Notes: generated by a model from the letters alone, not told the origin. A stretch of DNA of 32,000 nucleotides from Candidatus Electrothrix yaqonensis (GCA_047651235.1 CP178758.1:2310001-2342000), one strand, 5' to 3'; shown: positions 1 to 8,800, counted from the stretch's first letter. A program made the numbers and translations.

Positions 1-338
1 CTGATCCTGCCGGGAGTGGCGTCGGCAACGAATGGGTGTCTTTGATCAACCTCGGCAGTGAAGCAGTCGATCTGACCGGATGGTCACTGAGCGACAACTC
101 GGATAAACGCCTGGTAATTGATACCGTGGTCAGTGATTCTGCTTCCCGTGTGCTTGCTCCGGGAAAGTCAATCGTCGTAAAAGGATTGGAACCGTTGCAG
201 TTGGCAAACAAGGGTGACATCATCAAACTCTATGATGCTGACGGAGCACGGATCGACTGGGTTAATTACACAAAGCCTATGGTCCGTAGCGGGAAAGCGG
301 TGGTTTTCCTGTCACCGCGCAATACCTTGGATGTATAG
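1..338 (+). CDS. Lamin-tail-domain (LTD) protein, C-terminal part; 5' end lies outside the window
   Basis: Frame 3 is open from base 3. DPAGSGVGNEWVSLINLGSEAVDLTGWSLSD...IIKLYDADGARIDWVNY matches the LTD signature. TAG stop at 336-338. Confidence 0.6.
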   Translation, partial: DPAGSGVGNEWVSLINLGSEAVDLTGWSLSDNSDKRLVIDTVVSDSASRVLAPGKSIVVKGLEPLQLANKGDIIKLYDADGARIDWVNYTKPMVRSGKAVVFLSPRNTLDV

Positions 339-354
339 CTGAAGCAGAGCCGCA

Positions 355-389
355 GGCCGGGTGAAGCATTATGGGAACCCGGCCTTTTG
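355..389 (+). terminator. Rho-independent terminator after the LTD gene
   Basis: GGCCGGGT (355-362) pairs with ACCCGGCC (377-384) around a 14-nt loop, followed by TTTT. Confidence 0.55.
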
Positions 390-564
390 CGCCTCTATAG
401 TTGTCAGCACTTCCCATGGATCGTATTTTCCTTTTCTCTCACTGCCTGTTCGTTCTCTTCTTGTCAACAGCGCAAGAAATGACTATTGTTCTGATTACGA
501 AATAATCTACAGAGGAAAACGAACCAAACAGCCCCTGATCGCCAGCGGCGATACTGTCCGAACA

Positions 565-1011
565 ATGAAGATCGTCTGTAAAAATAAAAAGGCCTTCCAT
601 GATTATCATATTGATAAAACTATGGAGGCTGGCATGGTGCTGACCGGGCCGGAGGTAAAATCCCTGCGTGCCGGTCGGGCCAATATCAAGGACGGTTATG
701 CAAGAATGAAGGACGGGGAGGTGTTTCTCTATAATATCCACATTTCCCCGTATGCCTTTGCCGCCGATGCCGCTGATCCGCTGCGGGTGCGCAAGCTGCT
801 CCTGCACCGCCGGGAAATACGCAAGCTGATCGGCAAGCTGAATGAAAAAGGGGTTGCGCTTATTCCGCTCAAGATATACTTTATACATAACGGCAAGGCA
901 AAAGTGGAACTCGGCCTTGCTCGCGGCAAGAAACTCTATGATAAGCGCGCCGCCTTAAAAGAAAAGCAATCAAAACGTGATGTCCAGCGTTCATTGCGTC
1001 AACAGTATTAA
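565..1011 (+). CDS. smpB: SsrA-binding protein SmpB
   Basis: [16 protein letters not shown]...[24 protein letters not shown]...[11 protein letters not shown] is canonical SmpB. The ATG at 565 is preferred over the ORF-track start at 361, because the upstream part contains the LTD terminator and has no SmpB similarity. The tmRNA gene follows 8 nt downstream. Confidence 0.95.
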   Translation: MKIVCKNKKAFHDYHIDKTMEAGMVLTGPEVKSLRAGRANIKDGYARMKDGEVFLYNIHISPYAFAADAADPLRVRKLLLHRREIRKLIGKLNEKGVALIPLKIYFIHNGKAKVELGLARGKKLYDKRAALKEKQSKRDVQRSLRQQY

Positions 1012-1018
1012 TTGTTAT

Positions 1019-1380
1019 GGGGGTGAAACGGATTCGACGGGGATATGTAAGCTCAGCGTTGCATGTCGAGTGTTCTGTCAGCTCGTAAAAATGATGGAAT
1101 TGTAAATATAATCGCAGACGATTATAACTACGCACTGGCAGCGTAAGCTGCTGTGCCGCTTTCTCGGTCCGCGCCCGTAAGGCCGGAGCAAAGCGTCGAT
1201 TCTTCGGGCTGGTCTAACCGATGTGCCTCTCATTGGAAAGACGAGAATTTAACAGGCTGGCATTCGGCAATCTGCTGTTTCGGGTGAGAGCCGGGTGCGA
1301 GATTTTTACCCGGAACTAAACATGTAGAGACGTGAGGGGAGTATTTTCGGACCCGGGTTCAACTCCCGGCACCTCCACCA
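1019..1380 (+). ncRNA. ssrA: tmRNA (SsrA)
   Basis: 5' GGGGGTGAAACGGATTCGACGGGG and 3' GGACCCGGGTTCAACTCCCGGCACCTCCACCA (tRNA-like T-arm/acceptor plus CCA). The internal tag ORF at 1114-1146 encodes ADDYNYALAA*. Adjacent to smpB. Confidence 0.95.
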
Positions 1381-1391
1381 AAAAAAGAAAA

Positions 1392-1425
1392 GCCCGCAAC
1401 CTGACACGGTCTGCGGGTTTTTTTT
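1392..1425 (+). terminator. Rho-independent terminator of ssrA
   Basis: CCCGCA (1393-1398) pairs with TGCGGG (1412-1417), followed by T8 (1418-1425). Confidence 0.8.
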
Positions 1426-1553
1426 ATGTCCGCTGCAGTCCGGGGCGTCCGTTGAGAGCCACGAAAAATTACAGTACCAAACGAAATTTCAGAAAGAGGT
1501 ACTTGTTCTGGTTAGTGAACAGTTGCATTCATTCCCTATGAATTGAAAATTCC

Positions 1554-2381
1554 ATGAGCAGACAAGGCGCAAAATCAGATCAGGGAGATAACTACCAGCG
1601 GTTCATAGCCCAGCACTGGATAATCCGCCTGATCAGTGATGACGAGATTGACTTTATTCAGGCCCAATCTACCGGTCTGCCCGGCGTGGATGAAAAAATC
1701 ACGGTTGATGACATCGTTATCTGCTATAAAAACGGGCAGCGGCGGCATATTCAGGCTAAGAAAAATCAGTCGGCAAATCGTTGCTGGAACCTGACCGATC
1801 TAAAGGACGAGCTGCCTAAGATACTGGAGCAGCTCGAAAGCTCTCCGCAGACTCTGGTTGCACTCTACTCTCGTACCCCGTTCGGCGAGTTCGCAAGTCT
1901 TGTCGAAGCAGGCAGAGAATATCCTGATTTTGCCGCATTCAAGCACGAGACCGGTAAAAATCTCCAAGATGCCTTGGCTTCGCTTGCCGCCTGTTGGGAT
2001 TTGTCTCTTGCAGACACCTTTTCTCTGCTGCGAAGAATAGAGATCGGTCCGCATCACAGCTTTGCGGACTGGCCTCGCATCAATCTTCAAGATTTGCAAA
2101 AGGTTGTTGCTCGTGCCGATACAGCCCTCGCCATTCTCGGCGGAGACTATCTCAATTCTCATCAATCCAAGCTGCTCTCGCAATCATTCACGATAACCCT
2201 TGAGGATGTGCTTGCTTATCTCCGCAAGCACGGCTGCCTGCGGGTGCCTTTATATGAAGAAGCGGAAGTACTTGAGCAATTTCAGCGAACATCAGCTATC
2301 GGGCGGAACGCCTGGCAGCGCAAAGTCAGCGGCCAGAAAATACAACGCCCGGAATTCAATCAGGTTATACAGCACCTATAA
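1554..2381 (+). CDS. N-terminal module of a nuclease-STAND NTPase: DUF4297/Cap4-type (PD-(D/E)xK-like) nuclease domain. It ends at an in-frame TAA (see findings).
   Basis: GDNYQRFIAQHWIIRLI...ITVDDIVICYKNGQRRHIQAKKN shows the G-x-x-YQ ... DD-hhh ... hQxK pattern of Cap4/Mrr-like effector nucleases. Same reading frame as the ORF at 2448-6071. Confidence 0.6.
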   Translation: MSRQGAKSDQGDNYQRFIAQHWIIRLISDDEIDFIQAQSTGLPGVDEKITVDDIVICYKNGQRRHIQAKKNQSANRCWNLTDLKDELPKILEQLESSPQTLVALYSRTPFGEFASLVEAGREYPDFAAFKHETGKNLQDALASLAACWDLSLADTFSLLRRIEIGPHHSFADWPRINLQDLQKVVARADTALAILGGDYLNSHQSKLLSQSFTITLEDVLAYLRKHGCLRVPLYEEAEVLEQFQRTSAIGRNAWQRKVSGQKIQRPEFNQVIQHL

Positions 2382-2447
2382 GAGGGTGCCGCCACAATTC
2401 TGATCACAGACCGACCCGGCAGCGGCAAAACCTGTCTGCTGCTTGAT

Positions 2448-5400
2448 TTGGCCGATCATATTGAAGCTGATGATCGTTACGACCTCCTGTTCATCAAGGG
2501 CGACCGCTTTATCAAAGAAAGTAGCACCATTAAGCTGCCTAAAAATATTCCCGGACTCTGTGCCCGTTTATCGGAAAAACGACGCGTTGTTGTTCTTCTT
2601 GATTCTCTGGATGTCTTGTCTATGAACCGTGAGCACGGCGCACTGGAGAGTTTTCTGGGATTGATTGATCAGTTACAACTTCTCCCCGGCGTAACGGTAA
2701 TAGCAGCCTGTCGTTCCTTTGACCTTCACTACGATTCACTACTTCGAGATAGATCTTGGCAGGAAACAGTTTCTTTAACCGACTTCGATTACGAGAAAAT
2801 CGTTTTACCGCTACTCAAAGAATGGAATGTCAATGAAAACGAGCTAGAGGCCCCTCTTCAAAAGCTTCTCCGGCTACCACAAAATCTGCGACTTTTTGAA
2901 ACCGTAGCCCGGCGCGGCGGGCCGTATAATATCCGCTCCGTTCATGAGCTGCATGATGCCTATCTTGAGGAAGCGGTTCAGAAAAATTATCTGCTGGGCG
3001 ATGCCGCCATGCAGATGCTGCGCGACTTGGCAGACAAGTTGCTTCAGGAACGGGAGCAATGGACTACACCGGCATCCTTTCCTGTGGCAGAAGAGCTTCG
3101 TCGTGCTCTTATAAGTTACGGCGTGCTGCATGAAGATGGGCTAGGCAGGATAGGTTTCGGTCACCAGACTTTGCTGGATAATCTGGCGGCCAAGTCCGCA
3201 TTTCATCGTGGGCAAACGCTGGCCGATTTCATCACATCACATCCACCCTTTCCGTTCATTCGTCCCGCTGTCCGTTCTTTTGCCTTTCATCTCCGGGCAG
3301 CTTCTGCCAAAAAATTCAGGCGGCAGATATGGTCGGCCCTCACTGATTCAGACATGGCCTATCATTTCAAGCGGCTGCTGGCAGAATCCCTGATTGAAAT
3401 TATTCCTGATGCGGATGACAAGTCGCTGATCAACCGCCTGATGCGGAAGGAACCTGAACTGTTCCGGCGTTTCTTCTGGCGACTTAACAACGACGCATGG
3501 TTCTGTTGGCTAACTGAGCATTGGCTGCCGAATCTCGGTTCTGTACAGGAGGACAAGGAATGGTATGCCCTTTTTGCCTCAAAACTGGGACAATGGCAGA
3601 ACGCCTTTCCGGAAGAGATATTGGCTCTTTGGCAACGGGCTTTTGCGGAAGAATGGGATGAGAAGAGCAATCTTGTCTGGAGGGCTGCGGTCAGTCTGGA
3701 TAAGTTTAAATATTGGCAAACCAGCGGTATTGATTCTCTGTTAGAGCTACTACTGCGTGAACACTTCGATAACACTCATTTTCTCGGCAAGGCAATCAGT
3801 CAGTACGTTGCAGCCACCGGCCAAGGTGATGATCTGCTCTGGCAATTCATCACCAAAGACCTGAGCAGCGAGGATTTGACCAAATGGGATTTAGGCAAGA
3901 AACTGCACTGTGATGAGTACGACTTCCACCAGAAGGATTTCCTTGAGCAGCGGATGCTTACCTCGGAAGATCTGCTGGACCTAGCTCTCAATGATCTGCA
4001 AAAATGGGCGGATGCCGGAATCAGTGATTATGACAGGAAAAGAGGCCGCCGACCGTATTCGGTCTTGCTTCATTGCACCAGTTGGCAGCTACGGCACGAA
4101 GAAGACGAAATCTCACACCATGACAATTTGTCGATACTGTTTCAAGTTATTGAACAAGCACTCAAGCATCACTCAGAAAACAATACAGCATGGTGGCAGA
4201 AAAACGAGCCGCAGCTCAGGCAATCCTGGGAAGAGTCTATTATCTATCTGCTTCTGCTGGCCTATCAGGAAAACATAGAAGCCAATATAGCCGGAATTAC
4301 CGCCCTGCTTTCCGATCAAGAATTGTTGAGCGATGGGCAACTGGAACATGAATTGGGTGAACTGGCAGGAGCATCTTTTTATCTGTTCAATGATTTAAAT
4401 CAAGAGCTTTTTCAACGAACTGTCCTTAGTCTGTACGATGATGAAGACTGGGGAGAAGAGCAATGGATACAGCAAAAAAAATACGATTACTTAATCTGGA
4501 TTCCGGCTGTATTTCGCCTGCCAGAGGTTCAGTACCTTATTGAGCAGTATCAATCCGTTCAATTTGTTATAGGTTGTCCTCTACCTACGCCCCAAGTTAG
4601 TTTTCAATCAATAGACAACGAACCAATTGCTCCTTTGAAGCAGCTGCTCCAGTTAAGTGATACGCAGCTCTATCGACTACTCTCATACTTCGACATTCTC
4701 TCTGATGACGAAGCCAGCGCTCATGTTGGCAAAAAAAACAGCAAACATGACGTTTATATAAGGATGAGACGGTGGAGTCGTGTTGAGCAGGTACTTTCCG
4801 AAGCTGCCGCCTATGACCCGCTACGCTATTTTGCTCTCCTACCGGAATTTGAACGCCAAGGATTGAGCGCAAGCTATGCTGTCAGTATTTTGCAAGGAAT
4901 TGCCAATCATTTGCGCTATCGTTTTGGCAACCTGAGACCATCTGACAAAGACTGGCAGCCAGTCGAGCCAGCTCCTGATGTTGATATTCTTGCTGAAATC
5001 CTGCTCAATACCGTTGAACGATTTGATCCCGTCTGGCAGGACGGCTATGCCATAAGCCGAATCATTAAAGCCTGCTGCGAAGTGGTTGAAGACACCATTT
5101 CAGCAGAACGTCTTGTTTTTCTCCTCTTCCGTCTGTGCAAACATCCTGACCCGGAAAAAATAGAACAGCGGATTGTGAGACAAGATAAGAAGGAAATCAC
5201 TTCCTATGATCTCCAGCATGATGCCATAAATCGCGTTCGGGGCGTGGCGGCTGGTGCGGCAATGACCTTATGCAACCGCCTGCTGGAAAAGGAGATTGAA
5301 CCGCCGGAGCTACTCTTTCCTCTGCTGCGCCATTATGCACTTGATCCTGTCTTGTCCGTTCGCGCCGCCCTGATGAACGGTCTGCCGTTTCTCACCCATA

Positions 5401-6071
5401 AACGCCACGCTTGGGGCTGGCAGCTCTTTGAGGACATCTTCCGGGATGCTCCGACACTCCTCTGGCCCCTCGCAGAACGCCATCTCTACCATCAATACCA
5501 TAATCACTTCGACAAAGTAGCTCCCTGCCTTGACCGCATACAGCGGGAGGCCCCGGCTGAAGCTGGCGAGGCTTGGGGACGGATCGCAACTCTTTCCTCC
5601 TTGGCCCGGCACCTGCCACAGGACAGCCTCTTTACCCAACTCGAAAAAGCAAATCAGCCGAAACAATGGAAAGGTGCTGCACAGGTCTTTGCCGCCAATA
5701 TCGAACGGCACAACGACGCCTGCATGAAAGGATTGCGCAGAATTCTTGAGCGGGAAAAAATCGACAAAGAGGCCTTGAGTTCTGTCAGCAATGCCTTCAA
5801 TCTTGAGAAGAACGGGAAGCTGCTGGATGCTGACTTTGCTGTTCTGTTCATCAGGAAAATGCAGGTTGACAGCAATAGATTTCACGACTCCCAACTCTTC
5901 GATTGGATTGCCTGGCTTGCACAAAAAGATGCGGAGACTTCCATTGAAGTCTGTGAATGCCTGCTGGAAAAATTTGAAAGCAAAAATGCAAGAGCCCTGC
6001 TTTCTGCGCTGACCAGCATTCTCCGGTGGGTGCGATTACAAGTGCGGTTTTATCAATTACGGGATGCATGA
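2448..6071 (+). CDS. STAND/NACHT-like P-loop NTPase with a >900-aa helical (HEAT/TPR-like) repeat region. This is the body of the disrupted Avs-like gene. The last 15 codons (6027-6071) are IS-derived.
   Basis: Walker A (RPGSGKTCLLL) lies at 2412-2444, upstream of the TTG at 2448 and directly after the TAA at 2379-2381. Walker B is RRVVVLLDSLDVL, followed by VTVIAACRSFD. The C-terminus is helical and includes the HEAT-like LLRHYALDPVLSVRAALMNGL. Confidence 0.7.
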   Translation: MADHIEADDRYDLLFIKGDRFIKESSTIKLPKNIPGLCARLSEKRRVVVLLDSLDVLSMNREHGALESFLGLIDQLQLLPGVTVIAACRSFDLHYDSLLRDRSWQETVSLTDFDYEKIVLPLLKEWNVNENELEAPLQKLLRLPQNLRLFETVARRGGPYNIRSVHELHDAYLEEAVQKNYLLGDAAMQMLRDLADKLLQEREQWTTPASFPVAEELRRALISYGVLHEDGLGRIGFGHQTLLDNLAAKSAFHRGQTLADFITSHPPFPFIRPAVRSFAFHLRAASAKKFRRQIWSALTDSDMAYHFKRLLAESLIEIIPDADDKSLINRLMRKEPELFRRFFWRLNNDAWFCWLTEHWLPNLGSVQEDKEWYALFASKLGQWQNAFPEEILALWQRAFAEEWDEKSNLVWRAAVSLDKFKYWQTSGIDSLLELLLREHFDNTHFLGKAISQYVAATGQGDDLLWQFITKDLSSEDLTKWDLGKKLHCDEYDFHQKDFLEQRMLTSEDLLDLALNDLQKWADAGISDYDRKRGRRPYSVLLHCTSWQLRHEEDEISHHDNLSILFQVIEQALKHHSENNTAWWQKNEPQLRQSWEESIIYLLLLAYQENIEANIAGITALLSDQELLSDGQLEHELGELAGASFYLFNDLNQELFQRTVLSLYDDEDWGEEQWIQQKKYDYLIWIPAVFRLPEVQYLIEQYQSVQFVIGCPLPTPQVSFQSIDNEPIAPLKQLLQLSDTQLYRLLSYFDILSDDEASAHVGKKNSKHDVYIRMRRWSRVEQVLSEAAAYDPLRYFALLPEFERQGLSASYAVSILQGIANHLRYRFGNLRPSDKDWQPVEPAPDVDILAEILLNTVERFDPVWQDGYAISRIIKACCEVVEDTISAERLVFLLFRLCKHPDPEKIEQRIVRQDKKEITSYDLQHDAINRVRGVAAGAAMTLCNRLLEKEIEPPELLFPLLRHYALDPVLSVRAALMNGLPFLTHKRHAWGWQLFEDIFRDAPTLLWPLAERHLYHQYHNHFDKVAPCLDRIQREAPAEAGEAWGRIATLSSLARHLPQDSLFTQLEKANQPKQWKGAAQVFAANIERHNDACMKGLRRILEREKIDKEALSSVSNAFNLEKNGKLLDADFAVLFIRKMQVDSNRFHDSQLFDWIAWLAQKDAETSIEVCECLLEKFESKNARALLSALTSILRWVRLQVRFYQLRDA
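6028..6050 (+). repeat. Left terminal inverted repeat of the IS
   Basis: GGGTGCGATTACAAGTGCGGTTT. Its reverse complement occurs at 7506-7528 with one mismatch. Confidence 0.85.
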
Positions 6072-6173
6072 GAGCGTATTTTTCTGTTACTTTGATTTCT
6101 TTGAGAAAGAAACAGCAAGTAATCAGGATGCTGTGTTGTCCGTTCGTCTAATATTATCCCGGAGAAGATATTT

Positions 6174-7497
6174 ATGTCCTCACTGTCACAGGAAGATAAG
6201 GAATTGCTCAATCAATTGAACCGTCAGCCAAATCTGAAAACGCGTATTCAAGCTATTCTTTCTATAGCCGGTGATGACGGAGACGGGATTGTAAAAGCTG
6301 ATGAGGCCGAAAGTCGGGTCATTGAGGAAGTTCGCCGGATGGGTAATGAGGTGCTCAGCGGATGGGCGGAGAGTCGAATTGAAAAATCCGGGGCAGCTCT
6401 TCCGACGGACGGTAATTGTACCCGTAGCGGTAAAAAAAACACATTGGCACACGACGTTCGGGATAATTCACGTAGTTGAGCAGGAGTACAGACAGCCGGG
6501 AAAACGGTACCGGCCGTTCAGCCGAAGTGCCGGAATAACCTGCCGATGCTGCTCGCTACCTCTGCAGCGTGCCGTAACAGATTTCGGGGCAGACCATTCC
6601 TTTGGTCGGGTTCCTGAAAAACTGAAGGAACATTATGGGATAACATTACCGGTAAGTACTGTCCGAAATATCACGGAGACTCACGCCCGACACATACATG
6701 AAAGACGTCGATAGGAGAGAATTGAAGAATATCCGTCTATAAAGGGACGGGACTTCGTTATTGCCGAGACGGACGGCAGCATGGTTCCGATTGTCCTGAC
6801 GGATACAGATGCCAGGGACCGGCGCAAAGGTAAAAAGCACAGCTGGAAAGAAGCACGTCTGAGTATAGCTCATGTTCTCGGTGAAAGGACGCTTAAATTC
6901 GGAGTTGCATTTCAGGAAAACGTTGACGAGTCGGGAAAGGTTCTCTTTGATTGCGCCTGCCGTGCGGGATTCGGTCGGGGTACATCTCTGCATTCAGTGG
7001 GTGACGGAGCAACGTGGATTTCCGGGCAGGTGAAAAAACAGTTCGGTTCACAGGGACATTACCTTGTCGATTTTTATCATGTTTGTGAATACCTGGAGGC
7101 TGCTGCACCGGCATGTTCCGGGAAAGACGGAAAAGGATCATGGGGTAAGCAGCAGAAAGAGCGCCTGAAAAAGGGACAGGAAAAAAAACTGATCGAAGCA
7201 TTGAAGCCTCATCTTGAGCCGGAAAAGACAGAAGATCAAAATGCACCTGTCCGCTGCTGCCTGCGTTACCTGAGCAACCGTCCGGGGCAGTTCGACTATC
7301 CCGATGCTCAACAGCTTGGTTTACCTATCGGTTCTGGAGAAATAGAAAGTGCGCACCGGTATGTCATCCAGGAACGTCTGAAAATAGCCGGCGCATGGTG
7401 GACACCGGAAAATGCCCGAATCATGCTTTCCCTGAGAGTTGACCGTGCGGACGGATACTGGGATAAATATTGGGAGAATATAAGCTGGGCAGCGTAA
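6174..7497 (+). pseudogene. ISKra4-family transposase, disrupted by a frameshift in an A8 run plus an in-frame TAG
   Basis: The three ORF pieces join cleanly. ...CTRSGKK (frame 0) meets KKTHWHTTFGIIHVVEQEY (frame +1) at the A8 run 6432-6439. ...HIHERRR-TAG(6712-6714)-ERIEEYPSIKGRDFVIAETDGSMVPIV continues in frame. GDGATWI, LVDFYHVCEYL and GSGEIESAHRYVIQERLK..GAWW are ISKra4-type motifs. Confidence 0.8.
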
Positions 7498-7505
7498 GGT
7501 GTCAG

Positions 7506-7528
7506 AAACCGCACTTTTAATCGCACCC
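7506..7528 (-). repeat. Right terminal inverted repeat of the IS
   Basis: AAACCGCACTTTTAATCGCACCC is the reverse complement of the left repeat, 22/23 identical. Confidence 0.85.
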
Positions 7529-7536
7529 TTCTCCGG

Positions 7537-7656
7537 GAAGCTGACGAAAGCGAGGATGAAGCAATGATCAATCGGGCCGTACGGCTACAGGATCAATTTT
7601 TACGGATGGGCCTGCACGGAATGGAAAAATTTCTGGAGCAGGCGGCGACGGTGTGA
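7537..7656 (+). pseudogene. Displaced original 3' end (39 codons + TGA) of the STAND gene, cut off by the IS
   Basis: Removing the IS and one TSD copy joins ...ALTSILR (ending at 6026) in frame to EADESEDEAMINRAVRLQDQFLRMGLHGMEKFLEQAATV*, with the stop at 7654-7656. Confidence 0.7.
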
Positions 7657-7788
7657 TGTTCTTTTTCTTGCGTCCTATTGAAATATAAGAAAAAGTAGTA
7701 TGATACATCATGTCGATCAATGTTACCATAGATCGGAAACTTCGTTTTCCATTCTGCGCCTCCCCACGGCTTTTTCATAAAAAAAGTT

Positions 7789-7822
7789 TGACAATTTATT
7801 GTAATATGAGAATAAATTGTCA
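7789..7822. repeat. Perfect 12-bp-arm palindrome with a 10-nt spacer
   Basis: TGACAATTTATT (7789-7800), spacer gtaatatgag, AATAAATTGTCA (7811-7822), followed by T6. The left arm overlaps a TTGACA hexamer (7788-7793). Confidence 0.5.
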
Positions 7823-7852
7823 TTTTTTAAATTTTGCATAAGGAGAATGACA

Positions 7853-8054
7853 GTGCTGAACGCGTGGGAGGATGAAGATAACCACGTTGAAAGTTTCGTA
7901 GAAGCCTTATCCCGCATGCCTGATCGACGTGACAATCACGGTAAAAAAAGAGCTTTTCCCAGAAGTTATAATAGCCGGTTTTGTTTCGGCGACTTTAGTC
8001 GGTCGATCGACAGTATCGGGGATTGCCGAGTTGACCGGAATTTTCCTGGTATAA
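7853..8054 (+). pseudogene. N-terminal remnant of an ISAs1-family (H-repeat-like) transposase, frameshifted
   Basis: VLNAWEDEDNHVESFVEALSRMPDRRDNHGKK, then a shift at the A7 run (7952-7958) into ELFPEVIIAGFVSATLVGRSTVSGIAELTG. This resembles the DDE_Tnp_1-associated N-terminus (..DPR...K....eil.ia..A.l.G..s...Ia.). No DDE domain follows. Confidence 0.4.
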
Positions 8055-8102
8055 TGGCCGCTTGCGGTTGATTATTGCGGGAAAATTTCGAGTCCAACGT
8101 TT

Positions 8103-8143
8103 GGTTCCGAAGGCGTGGCCCGAAGGGGCGCGCCTTTGGAACC
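8103..8143. other. Long GC-rich imperfect hairpin (REP-like or terminator-like)
   Basis: GGTTCCGAAGGCGTGGCCC, loop GAA, GGGGCGCGCCTTTGGAACC. 16/19 positions are complementary. TGTTTGT follows on the + strand. Confidence 0.4.
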
Positions 8144-8482
8144 TGTTTGTCAAGAGGAATAATTTTGGCGTAGGGTTTCCCATGAAAGGTGATGACAACC
8201 TCCTCGCCCCTCCTTGCCGCATCAAAGTTTATATTTTAAAGTGTGAACTTTATAGGCAAGGCTGTCAAACAAAAACTGTAGCGGGCAGGGAAGTAAAGCA
8301 GGAAGTTAGAAAGACTTGCTATCTGGAAAAGCTGCCGGGATCCGGTTGTCGTGGATGCAGCCGATACAGTCGGTATTCAGGTAAATTCATACTTGATTTT
8401 CCGGAAAAATCCTTGTAAAAGATGTTGACAGGAAGAAAAGTTCGTTTCGCCTAATATTTTACCTGTAACGTATTCTGCACAT

Positions 8483-8800
8483 ATGAGAAAAAAACGAAAT
8501 ATATTGTCCCGCTGTCTGGGCAGAACCAAAAGATGCGGTCGGCTGCCCGTTGCCGAGGTCCGTCCCCTTTCGGAATGCTGCGGCTGCTCCAGGGTCAGGG
8601 TCTGCAGGATCAGCGGAGACCGCAACGCATGCGGCCGGATGGCCTGTCTGGGCATCCTTCCCGGCACAGAAGTGGAACTGCTCTGTCCAATGCGGGGACG
8701 ACGAGGGAGACGGCGGCAGCAGTGCATGGTCAGGATCAACGGAGGCGTACTGAGCCTGGACGGGATGACAGCCCGGAATATTCTGGTACAGCCTGTCTGA
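8483..8800 (+). CDS. FeoA-domain protein, atypical Arg/Cys-rich; start uncertain
   Basis: PLSECCGCSRVRVCRISGDRNACGRMACLGILPGTEVELL...MVRINGGVLSLDGMTARNILVQP fits the FeoA SH3-like pattern (L..l..G..v.v..i......rL..lGi.pG..v.......v...g....l....A..I.V). All three forward frames are open here, so the call rests on this motif. Confidence 0.5.
   Translation: MRKKRNILSRCLGRTKRCGRLPVAEVRPLSECCGCSRVRVCRISGDRNACGRMACLGILPGTEVELLCPMRGRRGRRRQQCMVRINGGVLSLDGMTARNILVQPV

Larger units (their letters stand above)
6027..7528 (+). mobile_element. ISKra4-like insertion sequence (~1.5 kb) inserted in the 3' end of the STAND gene
   Basis: Terminal inverted repeats GGGTGCGATTACAAGTGCGGTTT (6028-6050) and its reverse complement at 7506-7528 match at 22/23 positions. 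An 8-bp direct repeat TTCTCCGG flanks the element (6019-6026 and 7529-7536). The interior encodes an ISKra4-type transposase. Confidence 0.85.

Noticed and set aside
361-564. N-terminal 68-aa extension of smpB suggested by the ORF track (start at 361)
   Set aside because: The extension overlaps the LTD-gene terminator hairpin and has no SmpB similarity. Canonical SmpB begins at [14 protein letters not shown] (ATG at 565).
1332-1541. 69-aa ORF overlapping the 3' end of tmRNA and its terminator
   Set aside because: It is explained by the tmRNA gene and terminator, and its composition is not protein-like.
8080-8100. tRNA-like TTCGAGTCC (T-loop-like) string as a tRNA gene or att remnant
   Set aside because: No acceptor, D or anticodon arms can be folded around it. 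The T-arm GG is missing. There is no similarity to the tmRNA 3' end.
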